Source of the DNA: Clostridia bacterium | GTDB taxonomy: Bacteria; Bacillota; Clostridia; Oscillospirales; QAKW01 | Direction of reading: 5' to 3' | Length of the DNA stretch: 64,000 nucleotides | Assembly (NCBI GenBank): GCA_017436525.1 | Contig: JAFSCX010000044.1 | Coordinates: forward strand, 1,267 to 65,266 | Shown here: positions 50,857 to 59,527 of the stretch, piece after piece | Layout of the letters: every line of letters starts with the position of its first letter | Numbering within the stretch: the stretch's first letter is position 1 | Program-made: the position numbers and the translations under genes | The notes under the pieces: model-generated | What the model saw: only the letters and a program-made list of their open reading frames with translations | Told to the model about the DNA's origin: nothing | Databases searched by the model: none

Positions 50857-51741
50857 ATGAATTCTGTAACCCTTCGGGCCTATGCAAAGATCAATCTCAG
50901 CTTGGATGTTACCGGCAAGCGGGAGGATGGCTATCATCTTCTGGAATCGGTCTTTCAGGGCATCTCTCTTTATGATAATATCAAGGTCTTCAAGGAAAAG
51001 GGAAGCGGCGGCATCTCCATCCGCTGCAATGTCCCCTATATACCCACCGATGAGCGCAATATTGTCCATAAGGTCGCTTCCGCCTTTTTCAAAGCGGCAA
51101 ACATTGAAAATTATCAAATTTCCATCGAGCTGAATAAAACCATCCCCTCAGGGGCGGGCTTCGGCGGCGGAAGTGCCGACGGTGCGGCGGTTTTTTCCGC
51201 CCTCTGCCGCCTTTATCAGCATCCCTTCTCCATTGAGGAGGCGATTGATATCCTTACCCCCTTGGGCGCAGATATTCCCTTCTTCTTATATAGCGGCACC
51301 ATGCTGGCAAGGGGGATCGGCGAAATTCTCTCCCCCGCTCCCGCCTTAAAGGATTGCTTTATTGTCCTGGCAAAGCCCAAGGCCGGCGCCTCCACCAAGC
51401 TGATCTTCCAAAAGCTGGCGGAAGAAGGAATTCAAAAGCGCCCTGATACCCAAAAGGTGCTTCAGGCTTTAGAAACAGGCGATCTTCCGGCGCTTGCCGC
51501 CTCCACCGCCAATGTATTGGAAAATGCCACTATCCCCTACTGCCCCAAGATCCAGGATTTGAAGGGTATTCTCTTGGAAAACGGAGCGATCCTTTCCATG
51601 ATGAGCGGAAGCGGCAGCGGCGTATTCGGCCTCTTTGAGGATGAGAGCGCCGCAAAAAAAGCAGCGAGAGCCTTGCGGCGCACCACCCGCTTTGTGCATA
51701 TTGCGCGGCCGGTTTGCCGCCCGATGAAAACCACATTCTAA
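50857..51741 (+). CDS. ispE: 4-diphosphocytidyl-2-C-methyl-D-erythritol kinase
   Basis: AYAKINLSLDV and IPSGAGFGGGSADGAA (GHMP kinase motif). Confidence 0.9.
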   Translation: MNSVTLRAYAKINLSLDVTGKREDGYHLLESVFQGISLYDNIKVFKEKGSGGISIRCNVPYIPTDERNIVHKVASAFFKAANIENYQISIELNKTIPSGAGFGGGSADGAAVFSALCRLYQHPFSIEEAIDILTPLGADIPFFLYSGTMLARGIGEILSPAPALKDCFIVLAKPKAGASTKLIFQKLAEEGIQKRPDTQKVLQALETGDLPALAASTANVLENATIPYCPKIQDLKGILLENGAILSMMSGSGSGVFGLFEDESAAKKAARALRRTTRFVHIARPVCRPMKTTF

Positions 51742-51744
51742 TAC

Positions 51745-51775
51745 AAAAAAAGGACTCGTCTTGAGTCCTTTTTGT
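51745..51775. terminator. bidirectional terminator
   Basis: AAAAAAAGGACTC-gtctt-GAGTCCTTTTT between the convergent ispE and asnA. Confidence 0.85.
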
Positions 51776-52789
51776 TTATAAAATGGGAATTCCTGCTTCC
51801 TTGCAGATTCTCTTTGTCTGCTCATCCCAAATGGATGCCTGCACCTCGCCGATATGGGCGCTGCCCATCAGCAGCATGCAAAGGCGGCTTTGGCCCACAC
51901 CTCCGCCGATGGTATAAGGAAGTTCCCCCTTAAGGAGTGCGCTATGGAAGGGAAGGCTTGAGCGATCCTCACAGCCTGCCATTTTCAGCTGCTTTTGAAG
52001 GCTCTCTGGGCTTACGCGGATTCCCATGGAGGAAATCTCAAAAGCCTGCTGCAAAGTCTCGTTCCAGAAAAGAATATCACCGTTGAGATCCCAATCATCA
52101 TAATCGGGCGCACGGCTATCGTGGGGCTTGCCGGATTTTAAGGCTCCTCCGATCTTCATTAAAAAGACCGTCTTATGCTCTTTCACAATGGCATTTTCCC
52201 GCTCCTTGGCAGAGAGATCGGGATAGCGGTCCTCCAGCTCCTGAGTCGTAATATAAGTAACCTCACGGGTAATGGCAGGGCGGATATTCAGCTGGGGAAA
52301 CATAATCCGAAGGGTCTGATCGGTCTCGCAAATAGCGCCCACAATCTTTTCTACTACGTTCTTTAAGTATGCTTCGGTGCGGTCTTCTTTTTGGATGATT
52401 TTTTCCCAATCCCATTGATCCACATAGATGGAATGAAGATTATCCAGCTCTTCATCTCTGCGGATCGCATTCATATCGGCATAAAGGCCGGTATCAATGG
52501 AAAAACCATATTCTTTCAGCGCGAGGCGCTTCCATTTGGCAAGGGAATGGACCACATCCGCATTGGTGCCGGTATCTCGGATTTCAAAGCGCACCGGCCG
52601 CTCCACGCCGCTCAGATCGTCATTTAATCCGGAGGCGGTTTCCACAAATAAAGGGGAGGATACCCGCCGAAGATTCAGCGCGCCGCAAAGCATATCTTCA
52701 AAAAGCCGCTTGACCAAGCCGATGGCTTTTTGGGTATCATAAAGGGATAAAACAGGGCGATAGCCCTCGGGGATCTTCACTTGACTCAT
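51776..52789 (-). CDS. asnA: aspartate--ammonia ligase
   Basis: Full-length AsnA-like sequence: ..[18 protein letters not shown]...., [20 protein letters not shown]. Confidence 0.9.
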   Translation of the reverse strand: MSQVKIPEGYRPVLSLYDTQKAIGLVKRLFEDMLCGALNLRRVSSPLFVETASGLNDDLSGVERPVRFEIRDTGTNADVVHSLAKWKRLALKEYGFSIDTGLYADMNAIRRDEELDNLHSIYVDQWDWEKIIQKEDRTEAYLKNVVEKIVGAICETDQTLRIMFPQLNIRPAITREVTYITTQELEDRYPDLSAKERENAIVKEHKTVFLMKIGGALKSGKPHDSRAPDYDDWDLNGDILFWNETLQQAFEISSMGIRVSPESLQKQLKMAGCEDRSSLPFHSALLKGELPYTIGGGVGQSRLCMLLMGSAHIGEVQASIWDEQTKRICKEAGIPIL

Positions 52790-52823
52790 TTTTTCAGATA
52801 ACTACCTTTCTTTTTTGAAAAAA

Positions 52824-54023
52824 TCATTTCTCGCGATGCTCCCGCCGCAGGATGCTATGGGCAGGAAGGGAAAAAGGAACTCTCACCCGCATTTGGGCAT
52901 GAGGCGCGCTCTCGATGGGCGCTCCGCTTTCATCTTCCATTGCGGAAATGACGATTTTTTGAGGCTCTTGATCGGGGGAAAGAATCCATAAGGGCTCCCC
53001 CACCGAGAATTTATTTTTTTGAATCAGCCAGCCCTCTTGCTCATCGGCCACCGCCACCACATCGGTGGTGCGCCGATAGCCGCTATCGGCAGGGTTTTGG
53101 GCATCGGCATCGGGGGTGCCGAAGAAAAAGCCGGTGGTATAATCCCGATGGGAGACCGCCTTCAGCTCTTCCAAAAGGCGCTCATCAAAGGGCTTGCCCG
53201 CTTTCAGATCATCCAGCGCTTTTCGATAGGCTCTGGCGGTGCAGGCGGCATAATAAAAGCTCTTCATCCGCCCCTCGATTTTAAGGGATTTGACCCCTGC
53301 CTCCTCCAGCTCTTTCAGATAAGGCATCAGGCATAGATCCTTGGAATTTAAGAGATAAGTGCCCCGCTCATCCTCTTGGATGGGGAAATATTCCCCCGGC
53401 CGCTGCTCTTCCATCAAGGCATAATTCCAGCGGCAAGGATGGGAGCAAGCGCCCCGATTGGCGCTGCGATCGGTCATGGCGGCTGATAGCAAGCATCTGC
53501 CGGAATAGGAGATGCACATCGCTCCGTGAACAAAGCACTCCAATTCCAGCGAGGAAGGAATTTTGCTGCCGATGGAGCGGATCTGCTCCAATGTAGCCTC
53601 CCTTGCCAATACCAATCGGCAAGCGCCCAGCTCATGATAGGCCATGGCCGCCTCATAATTGGTAACATTGGCTTGGGTAGAAATATGGATGGGGATGCTT
53701 GGCGCATAGCGCTTGGCAAGGCGAAGGATCCCAAGATCCGCGATAATCATTCCATCCGGACGCAAGGATTCTAAAAATTCCAAAAAGGCAGGCAAGGCTT
53801 TAAGATCCTCTTCCGTGGGATAAATATTGACCGCCACATAGATCTTTTTCCCCGCCTGATGGCAGAAATCCACCGCCTCTTGAAGCTGCTGCTCATCAAA
53901 ATTGCCCCCTGCCGCCCGCAGAGAAAAGGAGCGGAAAGCGCAATAAACCGCATCAGCCCCATACCAAACGGCATATTTCAACTTTTCAAAATTGCCTGCC
54001 GGCGCTAAAAGTTCCATGCTCAT
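52824..54023 (-). CDS. U32-family peptidase
   Basis: ELLAPAGNFEKLKYAVWYGADAVY N-terminus and the E.FVHGAMCISYSGRCLLS motif. Confidence 0.85.
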   Translation of the reverse strand: MSMELLAPAGNFEKLKYAVWYGADAVYCAFRSFSLRAAGGNFDEQQLQEAVDFCHQAGKKIYVAVNIYPTEEDLKALPAFLEFLESLRPDGMIIADLGILRLAKRYAPSIPIHISTQANVTNYEAAMAYHELGACRLVLAREATLEQIRSIGSKIPSSLELECFVHGAMCISYSGRCLLSAAMTDRSANRGACSHPCRWNYALMEEQRPGEYFPIQEDERGTYLLNSKDLCLMPYLKELEEAGVKSLKIEGRMKSFYYAACTARAYRKALDDLKAGKPFDERLLEELKAVSHRDYTTGFFFGTPDADAQNPADSGYRRTTDVVAVADEQEGWLIQKNKFSVGEPLWILSPDQEPQKIVISAMEDESGAPIESAPHAQMRVRVPFSLPAHSILRREHREK

Positions 54024-55282
54024 ACTACGGTCTCCGTCCCTCGGGGAGATTCTGCCTTTTTAAGATCATTGCGATGATCCGCCAGACTCTCGGAAAAATA
54101 CATTTCCCCCGTCTCGTCGGTTACAAAATATAAAGCATCGGTCTCCTCCGGAGAAAGCACCGCTCCAATGGCGTCCTTGCCCGGATTGCTAATGGGGCCG
54201 GGAGTAAGCCCTTCATTAAGATAGGTATTATAAGAATCCCGCGCCGTAAGATCCTCAGTTGTGATCTTCTCATGGCCGGCGGGTAAAATATAGGCAACCG
54301 TTGCTTGAGATTGCAGATAGGGGAAATCGCTCTTTAAGCGGTTGAAATAAACCTGCGCGCCCTTGGCAAGCTCCTTGCCGCCCTCCTCCTGCAGGATGGA
54401 GGCTAAGGTGATCAGCTCATCCAAAGAATATTTACTTCTCTTGATCAGCTTTTTATTTTCTTCGGTAAGGACCTGCTCCTCAAAGCGGTCCAGAATCCGC
54501 TCCACCACAGCCAAAGCCGATTCTCCTTTGACCATTTCATATTCGCCGGGATAGAGATACCCTTCCAGGCGATAATTACGCTCGGGCAGTTTTTTCAAGA
54601 AAGAATAATCGGAGAAATCATAGGTCTGCAATACCTTCTCCAGTTCTTCTCTCTTAAGATACTTTTTGGAATCGCAAAGATCTGCCACCAGCTCTTCCTG
54701 GGTCTGCCCTTCATGGATTTCGAAGGAAAGAACCTTCTTATCCTCAGAAGTTGCCCGCAGGGTGGCGATGATATGATTATAATCATCCTTGCAATTGACC
54801 GTAAACTCCCCATGCTCATATTTACCATCTGCTTTTTTCAGCATGCTGTAGAGCCGAAAGACAACAGGATGCTCAATGATCCCCGCCTTTTTCAATTCTC
54901 TTGCAATGGCGCCGGTGGAGCTGCCCTCCTCCAGCGTAACGACCACTTCCTTATCGGGGCGGATCAGACCCAAAACCTCATTCCCAACGCCGCAAAGGTA
55001 GGCGGCCAAAAAGATGCTGACCACCAAAATGCAGCTATAATAGATCAAGGTATTGCGATATTGCAGGAGATTTTCTTTGGAAAAGAGCATTTTAGCTTGA
55101 AATTTTTTAGGCCGCGCTGCCGGCTGCTCCAAAGGCCGCTCTTCCTTGATCTGATCTTTCACTAAAGGCTTTTTAGGGGCAGGATAAGAGCCTGCCGGAT
55201 TTTTAATTTTCTTGGCGGGGGATGCGCCGCCGGCTCCCGGATATGCACCGGTTATATTGCGTTTTTTCTGATCCATGTTCAA
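54020..55282 (-). CDS. mltG: endolytic murein transglycosylase MltG (YceG-like)
   Basis: N-terminal basic region plus one TM, then a YceG domain (..ASILQEEGG.., ..YNTYLNEGLTPGPISNPG..). Confidence 0.85.
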   Translation of the reverse strand: MNMDQKKRNITGAYPGAGGASPAKKIKNPAGSYPAPKKPLVKDQIKEERPLEQPAARPKKFQAKMLFSKENLLQYRNTLIYYSCILVVSIFLAAYLCGVGNEVLGLIRPDKEVVVTLEEGSSTGAIARELKKAGIIEHPVVFRLYSMLKKADGKYEHGEFTVNCKDDYNHIIATLRATSEDKKVLSFEIHEGQTQEELVADLCDSKKYLKREELEKVLQTYDFSDYSFLKKLPERNYRLEGYLYPGEYEMVKGESALAVVERILDRFEEQVLTEENKKLIKRSKYSLDELITLASILQEEGGKELAKGAQVYFNRLKSDFPYLQSQATVAYILPAGHEKITTEDLTARDSYNTYLNEGLTPGPISNPGKDAIGAVLSPEETDALYFVTDETGEMYFSESLADHRNDLKKAESPRGTETVV

Positions 55283-55370
55283 AACTCCTCAGAAATGATG
55301 CTTTATTGTTGTTTATAATTATACAGCATAATTATACATGATAGTTTGCGGAAAGTAAAGCAAAAAAATA

Positions 55371-55395
55371 CACCTTCGTTTGCAAAACGAAGGTG
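55371..55395. repeat. 25-bp palindromic hairpin, copy 1 (T-run on minus strand: terminator-like)
   Basis: CACCTTCGTTTGCAAAACGAAGGTG, identical to 55690-55714. Followed on the minus strand by TATTTTTTT. Confidence 0.8.
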
Positions 55396-55646
55396 TATGC
55401 AGACTGTCAAAAAAGGCACAGACCGCAGAAAATAAGAGAATAAAAGAATTCTGCTAATTCTGTAAATCCACATGGAAAAAGAAATCCCACTCTTTTTCCT
55501 TGCTTCTTGTTATACGAAAAAATCCACATGGCAATGCGGATTTTGATTAAAGCTTTCTGCTTTCCGCCGATCTGCTCTCTACCGTACCTATGTACGCCGA
55601 CGAGAACAGATCGACGAAATCTGCACTCTTTTTTGAGAGTCTCCCA

Positions 55647-55684
55647 GCGTGTCAAAACCCTCCGCAGGAGTTTTTTGACACGCT
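55647..55684. repeat. palindromic repeat element (dispersed; second partial copy at window end)
   Basis: AGCGTGTCAAAA-ccctccgcaggag-TTTTTTGACACGCT. Its right arm is the reverse complement of 63980-64000. Confidence 0.7.
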
Positions 55685-55689
55685 AAATG

Positions 55690-55714
55690 CACCTTCGTTT
55701 GCAAAACGAAGGTG
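55690..55714. repeat. 25-bp palindromic hairpin, copy 2
   Basis: Identical to 55371-55395. Lies just downstream of the stop of the 55722-56780 gene. Confidence 0.8.
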
Positions 55715-55721
55715 CATAAAA

Positions 55722-56780
55722 TCAGATGCGGTCTTTAATTAAAATGCCCTCGGCGGAAGATTTGAAGGCAGCTTCCATGATCTTCATGGAACGGCGTGCT
55801 TCATCGGGCTGGACAGCGACCTTCGAATAATCGCCGCTCTCCATTGCATCTACCAGCATTTCATGAAGCATATGATTGGATGATTTCTCGGCAATATCCA
55901 CATGATAGGTCTCGGTAGTACCCTTGGGTCTGGCTGCCATGGTGCGGGTGGGGCCTGCGGCAGTATAGACAATGCCCATCTCCCAATCCATTTCGGTATC
56001 CAACTCTCTTACTACTTCGGCACCGCTGGACCAATCCTGAATGGTCATGGAGCCGCCGTCGCAGTTGATATACCAGCGAGGCAGGGTGGTGAAATGATGG
56101 GTGCCGATCTCAATCAAAGCGTTGACCCCGTTTTCGAATTTCATCATCAGCTTGAAGTTATCGTCCACTTCCTCATATTTCAGCTTCAGCACCTGCGCAT
56201 AAAGCTCTACTACAGGGCTATCGATCAGCATCAAAAGCTGGTCGATGAGGTGAACGCCCCAATCCAGCATCATGCCGCCGCCTGCAACTTTCGTGCATCT
56301 CCAATCGCCGGGAATGCCGCGGGCGCCCTGCACACGGCTCTCAATGAAGAAGGGAGTACCGATTTTTTTATTTTGGATGATATCTTTGACAATTAAGTAA
56401 TCGCGATCCCAACGACGGTTTTGATGGACGGTAAAGATCTTGCCCGTCTCCTTGGCTACTGCCAAGACCTCTTCCAACTCCTCGGAATCCATCATAACCG
56501 GCTTCTCGCAAAGGACATGCTTCCCCGCTCTCAATGCCTTGATGGCATATTCCTTATGGAAATTATTGGGGGTGCTGATCAGCACCAGATCAATCTCGCG
56601 ATCCTGCAGCATCTCCTCGGCAGTCTCATAGGCGATCAACCCAAATTCTTCTAAATCCTCGTATTTCTTGGGGTTAATATCATAAACACCCTTTACTTCC
56701 ATACGGGAAATTTTATTCGTTACCAACTTTTCATGGAAATGGCCCATGCCACCCCATCCGATAATACCCATCTTAAACAT
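55722..56780 (-). CDS. Gfo/Idh/MocA-family oxidoreductase
   Basis: MGIIGWGGMGHFH Rossmann N-terminus and the HVLCEKPV motif. Confidence 0.85.
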   Translation of the reverse strand: MFKMGIIGWGGMGHFHEKLVTNKISRMEVKGVYDINPKKYEDLEEFGLIAYETAEEMLQDREIDLVLISTPNNFHKEYAIKALRAGKHVLCEKPVMMDSEELEEVLAVAKETGKIFTVHQNRRWDRDYLIVKDIIQNKKIGTPFFIESRVQGARGIPGDWRCTKVAGGGMMLDWGVHLIDQLLMLIDSPVVELYAQVLKLKYEEVDDNFKLMMKFENGVNALIEIGTHHFTTLPRWYINCDGGSMTIQDWSSGAEVVRELDTEMDWEMGIVYTAAGPTRTMAARPKGTTETYHVDIAEKSSNHMLHEMLVDAMESGDYSKVAVQPDEARRSMKIMEAAFKSSAEGILIKDRI

Positions 56781-56898
56781 ATAAATCTTCCTCCGGTTTA
56801 TGTTCTGATGTAAAAATTCTACATCCTTTTTCCTATAAATGCAATCTAAAAAATAAAAAACATCAAAAAATCAATCCATTCACGCAAATTCATATGAT

Positions 56899-57034
56899 GA
56901 TAGAAAAGGCAAAAAATAAAATAAAAGCGACCCAAACGAGTCGCTTTTGTTCCTTATTCTTTGGTTTTTGGCAGAGAAAAAATCAAAAAATTCTTTTTTC
57001 CCTTTTTGCCTTTTCGGTCTGCGCCGATACCGCA
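56899..57034. repeat. 136-bp MITE-like element, copy 1
   Basis: Terminal inverted repeats GATAGAAAAGGCAAAAA ... TTTTTGCCTTTTCGGTC. Internal hairpin AAAAGCGAC-ccaaacga-GTCGCTTTT. About 97% identical to copy 2. Confidence 0.75.
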
Positions 57035-57121
57035 CTTGATTAAGACCTGCAGGATTGGATGCAGAATTCGTCGAAAAAATCCCGACGGCGTATATAGATA
57101 CGCCGAGCGGTTTTTTCGGCG

Positions 57122-57257
57122 GATAGAAAAGGCAAAAAATAAAATAAAAGCGGCCCAAACGGGTCGCTTTTGTTCCTTATTCGTCGGTTTTTGGCAGAGA
57201 AAAAATCAAAAAATTCTTTTTTCCCTTTTTGCCTTTTCGGTCTGCGCCGATACCGCA
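57122..57257. repeat. 136-bp MITE-like element, copy 2
   Basis: Direct repeat of 56899-57034 after an 87-bp spacer. Only a few substitutions (gcgAcc/gcgGcc, gAgtc/gGgtc, ttcTTTgg/ttcGTCgg). Confidence 0.75.
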
Positions 57258-57261
57258 GGTC

Positions 57262-58227
57262 TTACGCCCAAAATACGTCAGCGTTGAGATCCTCAAACAT
57301 CATGGCTTCTTTCAGTACATTGATTGCCTTCTCCAAGCCTTCCTCGGTACTCATCAGCGCATCCTCATGCTCGATGGATACAGTGCCTTCATAGCCCACA
57401 AGACGCAGCTGGCTCATCATCTTCTTCCAGGTGAGCATATCATGGCCATAACCCAGAGAGCGGAAATACCAACGACGCTCAGCAAGATTCCCGAAGGAGC
57501 CGGGATCCAATACACCGTTTTTCTTGATCTCTGCTTCATCCAGATAGACATCCTTGGCATGGAAATGATGGATCGCACCCTTCAATTCCTTGATTGCCTC
57601 CACGGGATCAATGCCCTGCCAGAACAGATGGGAGGGATCAAAGTTTGCGCCGATAATATCGCCTACTGCTTCGCGCAGCTTCAGCAAGGTCTTGGGATTA
57701 TAAACGCAGAAGCCGGGATGCATCTCGAAGGCGATTTTCTTGATGCCATGGGCTTTGGCAAATTCTGCGGTCTCTTTCCAATATTTGATGATAATATCCC
57801 ATTGATAATCCAAAATTTCGCCGAAATCATTGGGCCAGGCGCAGGTAACCCAGTTGGGATATTTAGAGCCTTCGCTATCGCCGGGGCAGCCGGAGAAGCC
57901 GATAATGGTATCGACGCCCATGGCCTCGGCAAAAAGGATGGCGCCGATGAACTCATCATGATACATCTTGGCCTCTTCCTTATTGGGATGGACAGGGTTG
58001 CCATGGCAGGAAACCGCCGCAGCGCTCAGGCCGTATTTGGCCATAATATCCTTCATTTCCTGAATCTTTTCGGGCTGATCCATAATGGTATTGGGATCGG
58101 TATGATGCTTGCCGGTGGTGCCGCCGCAAGCAAGCTCCAGCGTCTGCACCCCTAATTTGCTCAGATAAGCGCAGGTCTCCTCAAAAGAGCGATCTCTGAA
58201 AAGAGCGGTAAATACGCCGAGTTTCAT
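57262..58227 (-). CDS. sugar phosphate isomerase/epimerase (xylose-isomerase-like TIM barrel)
   Basis: MKLGVFTALFRDRSFEE...., ..FEMHPG.., ..SIEHED.. show the typical family layout. Confidence 0.8.
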   Translation of the reverse strand: MKLGVFTALFRDRSFEETCAYLSKLGVQTLELACGGTTGKHHTDPNTIMDQPEKIQEMKDIMAKYGLSAAAVSCHGNPVHPNKEEAKMYHDEFIGAILFAEAMGVDTIIGFSGCPGDSEGSKYPNWVTCAWPNDFGEILDYQWDIIIKYWKETAEFAKAHGIKKIAFEMHPGFCVYNPKTLLKLREAVGDIIGANFDPSHLFWQGIDPVEAIKELKGAIHHFHAKDVYLDEAEIKKNGVLDPGSFGNLAERRWYFRSLGYGHDMLTWKKMMSQLRLVGYEGTVSIEHEDALMSTEEGLEKAINVLKEAMMFEDLNADVFWA

Positions 58228-58291
58228 GATAAAATTCCTCCTGAATGTAGATATTTCTTAATTCAAAGTATAAAGCAAGGCTTGGAAAAAA

Positions 58292-59479
58292 TCAATCCTT
58301 TTTAGCCTTTTTAATCATCTTTTTATCGATGGTAATAACCGCAAAATGATCCGGCCTTGCCGAGCAGAGGCGATCTGCAACCTTGGCACGCACCTGCTCA
58401 TCGCTCATAAAGAATCCAAAGGGCAATACAATGTCGAAAAGAATATTGGTATGGGTAGGGCCTTTTACCAATCTCAGATCATGAAAATCCAATTCTTCAT
58501 CGATGGCCGCCAGAATCTCGGTAATTTCTTCCCGCAGGATATGCAACTGAGGATCGTTGGTTACAATCGGATCCATATGGATGGTCAGAAAAATACCACG
58601 ATTGATGCGGAATTCCCGCTCAATATTATCGATCAGATCATGGCTTTCCAATACATCCCGATGAGCAGGCACCTCCGCATGAAGAGAGGCAAATAATCGG
58701 CCCGCACCGTAATTATGGACCTCCAGATCATGGACGCCTACAATCCCTTCATAGCCCATCACAGCCGCCTTGATCTCTTCGGCCAGATCTTCATCTGCTC
58801 CCTCACCTACCAAGATCTGAATGGTTTCCCACATCAGGGTAAGCCCCGAATAAAGGATCAAAATTGCCACCGCAACGCCCATCAGCCCATCGGCATTATA
58901 GCCGATCACCGGAGTCAGCAATACAGAGATCAAAATAGCAAGAGTCGCCGCAACGTCATTGCGGCTATCCTTCGCCCCTGCATACAGTGTCTCGCTATCG
59001 ATGGCTTTTCCCATCTTCCGATAAAAGAAATATTGCCAAAGCTTCAAAAGCACCGAGAGAATCAGCGCTGCCAGCATGGGCAGAGTAATCTTTGCCTCTT
59101 CGGGAGCAAAGATTTTCGGGAAGGATTCCCGAATCAGCAAAAAGCCTGCCACCGCCATCACCACCGCGATCAGCAAGGTGGTGATATATTCCATTCTTCC
59201 GTGGCCGTAAGGGTGATCCTCATCGGCTTGCTTGGCGGCAAGGCGAAAGCCCACCAAGGTCAGCACCGAGGAAAGGCCGTCGGTCAGATTATTGATTCCG
59301 TCTGCCACAATGGCAATGGCGCCGAAAATCGTGCCGATCAGAATCTTCCCTCCTGCCAGCAGCAGGTTGGTAACGATTCCAACCGCTCCCGCCACCGAGC
59401 CATAGCGGGCGCGGACCAGCGGATCGGCGGTATTCCGATAATCTTGAATGAATAATTTTTGGATCAATTTAGTAATCAT
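58292..59479 (-). CDS. cation diffusion facilitator family transporter
   Basis: Six TMs with ..ADGINNLTDGLSS.. and ..DSRNDVAAT.. (CDF TM2/TM5 Asp/His sites), plus a C-terminal cytoplasmic domain. Confidence 0.85.
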   Translation of the reverse strand: MITKLIQKLFIQDYRNTADPLVRARYGSVAGAVGIVTNLLLAGGKILIGTIFGAIAIVADGINNLTDGLSSVLTLVGFRLAAKQADEDHPYGHGRMEYITTLLIAVVMAVAGFLLIRESFPKIFAPEEAKITLPMLAALILSVLLKLWQYFFYRKMGKAIDSETLYAGAKDSRNDVAATLAILISVLLTPVIGYNADGLMGVAVAILILYSGLTLMWETIQILVGEGADEDLAEEIKAAVMGYEGIVGVHDLEVHNYGAGRLFASLHAEVPAHRDVLESHDLIDNIEREFRINRGIFLTIHMDPIVTNDPQLHILREEITEILAAIDEELDFHDLRLVKGPTHTNILFDIVLPFGFFMSDEQVRAKVADRLCSARPDHFAVITIDKKMIKKAKKD

Positions 59480-59491
59480 AAAATCTCCCTT

Positions 59492-59527
59492 AAAAAAGAG
59501 CAGGCGGACCTGCTCTTTTTATTTTTT
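59492..59527. terminator. terminator after the SLH-glucosaminidase gene
   Basis: AAAAAAGAGCAGG-cgga-CCTGCTCTTTTTATTTTTT. Confidence 0.8.

Noticed and set aside
55407-55655. An 82-aa ORF in the structured intergenic region.
   Set aside because: It has a TTG start with a GGAGGG only 2 nt upstream, its sequence is composed of hairpin repeats, and it has no family resemblance. It is treated as non-coding.
56880-57394. Small ORFs (56880-57158, 56961-57287, 57170-57394) between the oxidoreductase and isomerase genes.
   Set aside because: They are generated by the tandem MITE-like repeats, give repeat-identical peptides and have no RBS.
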